From IMG/VR virus record IMGVR_UViG_3300036791_000540: DNA of 64,000 nt; one strand, given 5' to 3'. Below, one piece after another: positions 36,495-46,200 of this stretch (position 1 is its first letter; each line of letters starts with the position of its first letter). Source of the DNA: an uncultured virus (IMG/VR IMGVR_UViG_3300036791_000540) (lineage: Duplodnaviria > Heunggongvirae > Uroviricota > Caudoviricetes). The position numbers were made by a program, and so were the translations under genes. The notes beneath the pieces were generated by a model, which saw nothing but the letters and a program-made list of their open reading frames with translations, searched no databases and was not told the origin of the DNA.

Positions 36495-37142
36495 TCATAA
36501 ATCGTTCAACCAGCATTTGGGTGGGAATTTGCCAAGATAATTCTTTCTGTGTTTCAGAGCAGGCTCCTCAAGCCAGCAAGCTGTCTCCAGATCGTGGCCC
36601 GCTACTGCGCATGAGTGCCCGTAAAGATTTAAAACATATGTGCTGCTCTTATTTCTGCGGAGTTTGATCAGCTTCGCTTCGGCTTCCTCCACATAGGTCT
36701 GACACCCGGGGCACCCATCGATTGGTGCGTTCCACTGCACCTTCTTAGGACACTCATTGCATATTGCAGCGCGTCTATCGGCCTCCTCGGCATCGACAAA
36801 TTCGATCTCACCCGCCTTCTCCATCCTGTTGGACGCCCATTGCATCACGCGTTCGCGCGGCGATTTGATGACTGGCACGCCATACGAAAGCTCTACAGCA
36901 TCGACATCACGAACAGCTGCGCTGCGACCGCACATATTTGGGAAGGTGTCACAAATGTAATTGTCTACGTCAGCTTGCGGATCTCCCAATGGCAACCCGC
37001 AATAGCCGCGATATTCCGCCACTTTGTTTATCAAATCGACGTAGCTCTCGGCCTCCTCCACGATCATGCGACCGTCCTCCTTGTAATGCCACGTCCCGGG
37101 CATCATTACGCCGGTCATCACTGGTGTTGGGCCTATGATCAT
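36495..37142 (-). CDS. Cys-rich protein coupled to the terminase
   Basis: R..IC..CP, CPGC, C..., CW motifs. Confidence 0.7.
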   Translation of the reverse strand: MIIGPTPVMTGVMMPGTWHYKEDGRMIVEEAESYVDLINKVAEYRGYCGLPLGDPQADVDNYICDTFPNMCGRSAAVRDVDAVELSYGVPVIKSPRERVMQWASNRMEKAGEIEFVDAEEADRRAAICNECPKKVQWNAPIDGCPGCQTYVEEAEAKLIKLRRNKSSTYVLNLYGHSCAVAGHDLETACWLEEPALKHRKNYLGKFPPKCWLNDL

Positions 37143-39007
37143 TCGTTCAGTTTATCCCAGTCGAGCAGATCCATTTGATTGAGCGAGCTAACGCCTGCGC
37201 CTTGCTTTTTTCGAAATTCGTCGAATGGGCTAAATATGTCGATAGCTTTTTCCTCTTTGAACTCCTGATGTTCAGGCAGCATTGCAGCCCTGTCTTGCCC
37301 TCGCATCCGCACTAAGTGCACAAGCATTATCCCGCTGTCAGCGTAGTCTGGACTGCGGCCTGAGTTCGCAGACTTGTACTCAGCCTTGCTGCTCGCGCGC
37401 GATTTTGTCTTGGAGGTTTGACGATAAAGCCGAGTGGAAAGTTCGTGGAAAAATTCCCGTGTTTGCACCGATGGCGAGACCTTCAGGTAGCCAAACTCAA
37501 CCCAGCGCGCGAACGCAAACCACATCTCGGTTACCAGCCCGTCATAACGTTCGCTAGCAATCTCGGTGTCTTCTTCGAGGATCTTTGTATCAGTCGCAGC
37601 CTCGCCCCATTGCACCGCCAGCACATCGCCAAAACGTTTCAGCAGGTAGTCGAACAGCCCGTGGCCCATGCCCGTTGCATCACCGCCGAACCATTCGGGT
37701 CGGGTATGCAATTTGCGGCACAGCTCGATGACGTCATTGCCCATGTCGAGTGTGTTCTTCTTTGGCATCTCGAACTGTTGATCGAGCTGGATGCACCAGC
37801 GCCTTGGCATCTCGTGGAACTTGCCGTCTTCATCTGTCCACCCGTCCGCGAGCCCGTATCGGCCCGAGGTGAAAATGGCTTTGTCGCCGCCCTCCGCGAA
37901 CGCTGGATCTTCAACGCCGATGTCGAACGGGGCGCGCACGAAATGATATGTGCCGACGACGTCGTCCAACAGGTATGGCGGCACGATGTAATACATTGAG
38001 GACTGCTTCGGGTAGAGCCCGAGCACGAACGTCTGGTAATCAGGATGGTTTACCCCTTTGGCCTCGTATCCTTTCGCGGCCTCCCATGACATCAGCCCCC
38101 TGAACACTTCGCGGCGCTCCTTGTAATTCTCGCTCTGGCGCGCGTCCAATCTCAGGACATGCCAGCCTTCGTGGCCGTCCCATTCAAACGTGTGATCTTC
38201 ATCCACTGATTCCCAGCCGCGCTTCGGCATTGCTCTTCTGGCGAATTCACTTGATGGCTTGATCGGATTGGTGGCTGCGTAAGCTCTCACATTGCCCTGC
38301 TCGGTCTGGCCGCTAACGATGTTATCGACACCAGTCCAAGCGCCCGATGGCACGTCATCCGCTTCGTCCAGATCCAAGATCACCACCGACAGGTGGCCGT
38401 ATTTCGGGTGCGGAACACGCCTCGGGATCGGGTGAAATCCGCGCAGCGCAGCGCGACCGTCCTCGCCCGGTTTGATCGCAACCTGCTCTATCGAGGCGTA
38501 TCGGGCGTCCGTATTCAGCCCGATGAAATCATATCGCAATATTCCCGGCAGCGGGATCGCAGCTTCGGTGTGCAACCGTTTGAACGCCGCGAAAGCGTTG
38601 CTCCGGGCGTGGCCAGCGGTCGTCGATACAACCTTGATCGATGTGTTGGCCGGATCTTCCAACCAGCGCAGGAAGAATTTTACAGTCGCGGTGTAGGTCT
38701 TGCCCTGAACGCCAGCGCCCATGCACAGCAGTTTTGGGTAGACGTCAAGCGCGTCCCAGATGCGTTTGACGCTCTTCGGGCGCACATCGAACACCGTGCT
38801 ACCCCAGAGGAACAGCGACGCGCCGACTAGATCGCCCTCGGCAATCAGCGCGCCTACGTAAATGAGCAGCGCCTGAAGCGCTACCTCTGGATTATCCGTC
38901 TTTGTGTCTGATCCAGACTCGCGCCAGATGTAATTGATGCACTCAACCCGTGACAACTCTTCGTGAGTCAGGAGCTGGTGCGCCTTTATCAGTTGTTCGT
39001 GCGTCAC
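37139..39007 (-). CDS. terL: terminase large subunit
   Basis: Walker A GAGVQGKT, Walker B LDEA, TNP coupling motif; nuclease DPA..G.D, DATGMG, SPDYADS. Confidence 0.92.
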   Translation of the reverse strand: MTHEQLIKAHQLLTHEELSRVECINYIWRESGSDTKTDNPEVALQALLIYVGALIAEGDLVGASLFLWGSTVFDVRPKSVKRIWDALDVYPKLLCMGAGVQGKTYTATVKFFLRWLEDPANTSIKVVSTTAGHARSNAFAAFKRLHTEAAIPLPGILRYDFIGLNTDARYASIEQVAIKPGEDGRAALRGFHPIPRRVPHPKYGHLSVVILDLDEADDVPSGAWTGVDNIVSGQTEQGNVRAYAATNPIKPSSEFARRAMPKRGWESVDEDHTFEWDGHEGWHVLRLDARQSENYKERREVFRGLMSWEAAKGYEAKGVNHPDYQTFVLGLYPKQSSMYYIVPPYLLDDVVGTYHFVRAPFDIGVEDPAFAEGGDKAIFTSGRYGLADGWTDEDGKFHEMPRRWCIQLDQQFEMPKKNTLDMGNDVIELCRKLHTRPEWFGGDATGMGHGLFDYLLKRFGDVLAVQWGEAATDTKILEEDTEIASERYDGLVTEMWFAFARWVEFGYLKVSPSVQTREFFHELSTRLYRQTSKTKSRASSKAEYKSANSGRSPDYADSGIMLVHLVRMRGQDRAAMLPEHQEFKEEKAIDIFSPFDEFRKKQGAGVSSLNQMDLLDWDKLNE

Positions 39008-39593
39008 AGGCTTCAGGAAGCGAGAGGTTCTCGTTCTTCGCTATCTGCTGTAGCTCTTTCACCATTTGGATGGAAACATTTTTGATGTTCAGTGTGCCGG
39101 GCGCATCATCGTGCCGAACGTGTTCCGGCACTGTGTAAAGCCCCCACATCTTGTTCTGAATATTGATCGCAGTCAGGTAAAACGGAGCGACTTTGATCAT
39201 CGCCTCAAACTTGCTCAACTCGACCACGCGCGGTAAGCCGTCCTTATCGATCTCCTCACCGCGAATTACCACGTTTGGATCGTATATGTAAGACGCGCAC
39301 TGCGCCTTGAAATCTTCCAACTCACGCTCGTTCTCGTTCCGACGGATCTGCCCATATTCGCTCATTGCGGCCATGATCAGGCCGTGCTTGTCATTAAGAT
39401 CGCGGTGAACTGTGTGAAGTGCTATGCCGAGTCTCTTGGAGATCTCAATCGGCGTCAGCCGTTTCTCTGTGCGAAGTTTCCATACCTTGAGCGCCCGCTC
39501 ATCGACAGCTTCCAACGGCGGGACGTTAGGCCGTGTGTTCTTCACTTTTTGCACTTGCCTATCCCTAGCAAGCGGATCTTTGTTCGCTGGCAT
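38943..39593 (-). CDS. terminase small subunit (putative)
   Basis: HTH (EISKRLGIALHTVHRDL) directly upstream of terL. Confidence 0.6.
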   Translation of the reverse strand: MPANKDPLARDRQVQKVKNTRPNVPPLEAVDERALKVWKLRTEKRLTPIEISKRLGIALHTVHRDLNDKHGLIMAAMSEYGQIRRNENERELEDFKAQCASYIYDPNVVIRGEEIDKDGLPRVVELSKFEAMIKVAPFYLTAINIQNKMWGLYTVPEHVRHDDAPGTLNIKNVSIQMVKELQQIAKNENLSLPEACDARTTDKGAPAPDSRRVVTG

Positions 39594-40008
39594 TGTTGCC
39601 CCCTTACCAAGTCGGTTTCAATAATTTCAAACCGATAATCACAAACAGGATCAACGTTATGATCGCGTTGGCTCGCGGCCAGTATTCCCAACTGACTGGA
39701 GCGATTGCTCCTATCGCGATCAACAACAGCAAGACCCAATAAAAAATTACGAGTAAAGTCATTTCTTCATTCACCTCCTGTCATTAAACCAAGAGCTGCG
39801 GATGTATAAGCCATCGCACCTTGCGGTGCCTGAGCCGCAGTGTAGCTCGCGCCAGCGTAATTCACAGTTTGCGGGCCTTCGATCATCGCTCTCTTCTCTA
39901 CCCTCTGTTCTGCTTGCGCTCCTCTTACCCCCGGTGGCCAATAATCGCCTAGCCCTCCGACGTGAGGAACCCCTATAATCCCCCCGGCGGATGGCTTCGG
40001 ACTAGGCT

Positions 40009-40218
40009 CTACGCAAAAGGGCGCACAAGCACCGTCATCCGGCTCCGATCCACCTCGATCTTGCTCCCGTTGTCACCGTCCAAGACGGCAGCAATAGCCG
40101 CGCTCTGGGAATCGTTAGCGATGACGGCTTTGGGCCCGAACACAAGGCGCTCAGTTTTGCCTTCGTCTTCGATTTCTTTCTTTGTTGGCTTCTCCAATAT
40201 CGCCACTTCATACAGCAT
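40009..40218 (-). CDS. hypothetical phage protein
   Basis: LYEVAIL..P...LVRPF pattern. Confidence 0.65.
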   Translation of the reverse strand: MLYEVAILEKPTKKEIEDEGKTERLVFGPKAVIANDSQSAAIAAVLDGDNGSKIEVDRSRMTVLVRPFA

Positions 40219-43200
40219 GTTTTTGTATCCCTTTCATTGGTTTGTTGTTTTCTCCTAGCGAAAGAAACTGCACACCAGCAGGTTCCAGCGCTCCATCTTT
40301 GCGCTTAAATTCTTCGTTGTCCAGTTCTCCATTCTTGCCCAGCGATCCCAGTAGTTTAGTCCCTCGGTAGTGCGTCACCACAGCAATCTTTTTGTCTCGG
40401 TTAGTGTGAACGATACCGTGCATCGTGGACAGGAATCGATCTTTAAATTGGTTGAAGCTTTCTCCACCCTCGGCTGGCTCGTCAGGATGATCTATCAGGT
40501 GTTCCATCTGCGGCTGAACGTCTTTGGTTGGTTTACCTGTGTGACGGCCCAGATCCCACGGGCGCAGCCCGAAAGTTGGTATCAGGTGAGCGCCATTACC
40601 CTGCGCTACTGGTGCGCCGGTATCGACCGCTCGCGACAGATCGGAAGTGTAAACAGCGTGAATGCCTTTTCCAGCTAGGTCTTTGCCCAATTTCAGCGCC
40701 TGCTTCTTGCCTTTCTCATCCAGAGGCACGTTCGCGTGACCGCGAATCACATCCGGCGATTGCTTCGAGGATTGCTCGTTGAGCGCGGTGCAGCCGTGCC
40801 GGATCAGGTAGACGCCGCTATCAGGTTCGACAACCCCGCCAGCTTTGTAGCCTTTGACTGGCTCTTCCGCAGCTGGATTTTCGCCGAGCAATGGATTGCC
40901 CCGCTTCCATTTCAGGTCTCCAGCCTTGGGGGCGTTGTCCTTCCATTTGTCTATGTATTTTTCAAGACCCGCTTCGCCGAGTTTCTTTTTTAGGACTCCT
41001 TTTCTAGCTGGAGTCATAAAGGGAATAGCCACCTCATCTGGCGGAGTATCGTGAACGAATTCTCCCTGTTCGATGAAATTTCCTGCCTTGTCTTTCCGCA
41101 GAGCTTTCCCCTTGGCGTGAAGACCAACAATCACCCCTTCGGGATCGAGAAACCTCAAATCGGAAGTATCCCCATCCACAACAGGGCGTCCCAGATATTC
41201 GGCTGGCATTCCTCCCCTAAAGACTACTGCCGTGTTAACACCTTTCTCAGCCCATTTGTTGGAACGCTCCTCAGACCCGGGCTTACCAGTGTAGGAGTAG
41301 GTGAGATGGTAGTTCTCAGGAATATCTCTGAGAACATCTGGGTATTTACTGTAGTCATAAAATTGCGTGTCGGGATGACGCTCCATCATTGTTTGCTGCG
41401 AATCTCCGAATCGCAATTTCTCCCAAGGAAGGTCGGAGGTGCCATTCAGGCGAATGGATAATTTCTGTCCCGGTTTAAGATTCTTTTTCGCGTTTGTTAT
41501 TTCCCTGTCCAGCTTCGCCATGTATGTCTCAGGATCGTAATTGAAGAATTTAGTCTTGTTAATCCTGCCGATCATTCCAACTGGCAACGCACCCTGACCA
41601 TCGTTAGCCAGACATGCGTTCACACAGCCCCCGGGGCCAGTGGTGGCAAACTTGCAGACGTTGATCACCCCAGACTTATCATGCGCTGCCATATACGCGA
41701 TGTAAGTGGTGTAACCGTATTTTTCGCCCTTTACGGTCTTGGGATCTTGCCCACTTCCCAGTAGCTTGCTCGGAATGTAATATTCCTCTGTGGGAGCAAC
41801 CTTTTCGCCTCGGAGCATTTGCTCGATACCTGTTAGATATTTCTGGCCCTTCACCACCTTGGCTGGCATCAGCTGCCTCCCTTCTGTCGGAGGCGGGATC
41901 TCCTCCAGCTTTGGCTCGATCACAATGCTGTGATCAAACTGGCCGACATAACGCTGCCCGTTGGAGTCAACCATCGTGTATTCATCAGTCGAGCCTTTTA
42001 CTGGGACTACGCGATTTACAGCACCGAAGTTTTCCTCTTTGGACAAATCCAGATCCTTGGCTGGATCGGATAAGATCGCGTGTGCTTCCGGTGTGATGCC
42101 CTCGGGGATCGGCAGGTCTTCTGAGGCAAGACCCATCATTTTCGCAAGATTCGCTTCTGGAGGAATCTGCCTGAATTTCAATGCCCTTTGGTATGCCTCG
42201 TCCCTGTCAAGAAATTCCCCGTTATTGGTTACGAATCCTTCTGTAGTCCCCGGAAGACGTTCCAATCCTCCAGTTATATCGTAATGGGATGCTCCAGCCT
42301 CTACTGTGCCGTCTTCGTGCTTTATCGCCGCTTCCTTGATGGCATCCGGATGGGCGGACGGCATGAGCTGCCTCCCTTCGGTCGGTGGCGGGATGCCCTG
42401 TAGCCCTTGTTGCTCTACCGGTGCAGTCGGTGCGCCGCCTCCGGCTGCCTGACCCGCTAAAATCTCGCCTATTGGCCCAGCAGCTGGATCTGGCGCTGCA
42501 GCTCCTCCAGCGCCGGGACGTCCTTGTTCCGGAACGCGCTCATCTCTCGGTACATCGACTGGAGGTGCACCTTCACCAATTCCTTCAGCTTCTGGGGGTC
42601 GTTCGGGGCCAAGGGCCGCAGCAGATTTGAAACTTGCGGCACGATTTTTTGTATTATAGTCTTGGAGTTTGCTTGTGATGTCATTGATCGCGTCCCAGTG
42701 CTCAGCATAGATGTTAGCCAAGGAAGTTTCAAATTTTTCTATCGGCACCTCATATGCACGCAGGCGGGCGTAGTTGTTAGCCAGCTCGGCTGTGAACCGC
42801 GCCCCCTCTGAGCGCGCTTCGACGTGGGTTATCTCATGGATGAAGATATGCAGCGTCTCAGAAGCCGCCGCCTCTGGGTCATGCATGGCATCGCTTGAAA
42901 GTAGCCCCGGATTAAACCAGATCGATTTGAACGGTTTGACCATGTTCAGGCCGCGATAATCTTTATCATAAGAGATCCCGCCAAACCATCCCCCGGCGTC
43001 GTCTCTTCCCAGATCCTCATAGTCATCTCCGACCTTGTCGCCGAATTCCCGCATGAATTTGATGAGCGCGTTACCCAGCTTGGTGTTCAGCTCTGGCGCT
43101 TCTGGAATTTCGTCAATCTTCGCGTTTGTGTTATTATGGAGTAACGGCTTGTTTGGATCAAGGTTGCCTACGTCGAGCCCAGTCTTTTCAATGTCCACTT

Positions 43201-46200
43201 CTCGCTCTGGCTTGAAGGATTTCTCGACGTATTTCTGCCGTGCTTCGGTTTTACTGCTACCATCATCGTAATGGATAACAACATTCTCTTTGCCGAAGTC
43301 TACCCTCGAAATTCTGCGTGTAGGAGCAGATGCCGCCCTTTTTTGTGAAGCGGCATATTGAGCATTTATTCTGTCGATTTGCTCCTGAGTTAAGTTCTCG
43401 GTCGGATCAATATCCGCCATCTGTTTCAGGTTGGCGAAAACATCTTTGGCTTCCAGTAGCTGTTGTTCAACACCTTGGTTCTGGAAGTATTTCTTCATTG
43501 CCTCGATGTCATCCTTAATCGTGCCACGGAAACCTTCCCGCTGATTGTTAAATGGATAGGCTGGGTTGTCAGTCTTGACCTTTGGCCTGACATCCAACAC
43601 GAAGTTGTAAGGCATTTTGGTGTCTTCGTAGGAAGAGCCATATATTTCATACTCGCCCAGAGAGAACTGATGCAGCCCCGCAGAGAGGACTTGAAAGTTA
43701 GGGTATTCGGTCTTTTTAGGATCAACGTAAACGTTGATCTTTCCCCATGAGAAATTAAAAACGTTATCGGGCTGGTAACCTGTCTGGTGAACACCTATAG
43801 GTAGCACATCGCCATTGAGCGCCACCTCGACTGGGCCGAAGAGCGGACGCGTCAGAAAATTTGGTTTTTCATTGAAATAGATGCTCTTTGTTTCCCCGTT
43901 GCTGTCTGTGTAGCTCTCTGGAATTTTTACCGTAACCGACGTTCCATTTGGTTCGCTGGTTTTTGCTGTGTCGATTTTGAAGGTGCCGTTGCGAATCTGA
44001 TCCGAGCTGGCATCCACGATATGCATGAAGCCGTCCTTGACGGTCTCCAGTCTTACGCGATCAGATCCTAGCATGAAAGCCATCTTTGCCAGCCCCAGAC
44101 CACCAGAGGTGTTCGATGGATCGGTTGTTTTATAGGTGCCGCCAACAGTGAAAAAAGCGCTTTTGATGATGTCTTTATCCATGCCAGCGCCACTGTCTTT
44201 CACGGTTATTGTCCGCTCGCTGGGATCAGTGGTGATATCTACCCGCATTGGATTTTTCATCGTTGCCCCAGCCGAGCGAGAAGCGTCAAACGCATTTTGC
44301 AATAGCTCCTTGGCTGTGACTTCCTGTATCGGCTTGTCATACATTTGCGGGCCGACCAGAGCCATCATCTGCTGTTTGTTCATGCCGAGTTCAATAGTCT
44401 CGGATTCAGGAGTTGAGGCCACTACTTTAACGCCTTCATCTTTGTTACGTCCGATGTCGGCGCTAAGCTCCTCCGGGGTCGTCGGTGTGCGGGTCGCAGG
44501 CATTAGACTAGCGGCAGTGAACTCTGGCCTTGGTAGCCCCATCGTGGTGAACGCCCTTCGGTCGCCCTCGAATCCTGCTGGGCGCAGCGTCTGCTGATCT
44601 GGCGCGGGCTCGTCTCTAATCCTACGCATCCCTTCAGGACTGAGCGTTTCGTAAACCGATTCCAATTTGCCCAACCCAGCCGCTTCCATCTTCTGCCGCG
44701 TAAGATTTGTTTCGCCAGTTTCGGGATCAAGAAACGCGTTCTCTCTTGCCAGCTCCTGTTTTGCGGCCTGTTCTGGAGTTGAAGGCTTTAGCTTGCCTTC
44801 CTTGGTCACACCTTTTCTTGCCCCGGTATCGCCCAGCATGGCGTTAAGTAACTCCGCGCGATCTCTGGGAATAAGACGTTCAGGTTTGTAACCGGGCGTT
44901 GGTGTTACGGGATATTTGTCGGTTCCAGTAATCGGCTTGCCTTCAGTGCTGAATCCGTTGTCGTGATGTTCGGACATGTCACGAAAATCCTGAACCAATA
45001 ACGGGTCATTGACACCCGCCGGGTAAAATGGTTTACCGGTGCGATCTGTTATCCCAAGTTCGTCAGCCTTTTCTATTACTTTTGCGGCGTTACTGACAAA
45101 CTTGTCTGGAGAAAACACATGAACCGAGAATGTCCTGCTTGGGAGATTGTATCTGAATCCTTTCGGAACGACGCTTTTGGTAGCCATTTGCGTCGGAGCT
45201 GTCCCTGCGACCTTTCCTGCGACTGGAGCCGCTGCCTGCTCCTCTATTCTCGATTCCTTGGTTGGCTTTTGCGCTTTTTTCGGGGCGCTTTGGTAATCCA
45301 TCGTGACCGGCTCGCCCATCTTGGCCTCGATGAGGTTCAGATTATCCTTCGCTTGTTGAGTCAGTGGTTGACCGTCTGGCTGTTTCGCCGAATCGATCAG
45401 CATCTGGTGAAACGGATCGGTCGGATCAGCGCTTTTTCCCCAGATACCCTTTTTACCGAATTTATCTTCCTTCCATGTGATCAAGTCTGAGTCGGGGCCG
45501 ACCACTTGGGCGTGCGCTTGCGCTGCGGCGGCTATTCCTGCGTTCGTGATCTCGTCGTCTGTTGCCTTTGGATTGGCCTGCCGATACGCCTGCTCAGCTT
45601 CCGCCCTGACGCTCGCGTAACCATCGGCGGGATGCGCCACGGCCCCCGGCGCTTGCCCGGCGAGCGGTGGCCCGGCGGGTGGCGGTGGTGGCCCCGGTGG
45701 TGGCGCAACGGGCGGCGGCCTGCCGGGAGGTGCACCAGCTTCAGGTTGAATCACAGGCTCAATGAACCTCTGTCTCTGCGCGTGCTCGCCCAACTTGAAC
45801 ATCTGTTGTCGGATGGTCTCGATATCCGCCTTTGTGTAAGGCACCTTCAGCGTCGGATCGTATTCAACGTTGTCCGTGAAATAATTAACAATCCCGCGCG
45901 CCAGCCGCGCCAGATGATCCCCGGGACGCTCCCCGCCGTAGAAACCTTCTATCGGACTATGCATCATCGCGATTCGTCCGATCTCGGCGTCCATCTCCGC
46001 TTGCCGATTGAAATTCGGATCACCAGACGCCTCCGCGTATGCTTTTTCGAACGGCTCCATGATCTCGGGTGCTTTCTCCCGAAGCATTTGGCCCGTAAAA
46101 CGCTGCATTACATGGCGCAATTCGTGATACGCCGTGCCTTCGCCAATAGCATTTTTGTTCAGTATGATGTCACCAGTTGCGGGGTCGATGTAGCCGTTTG

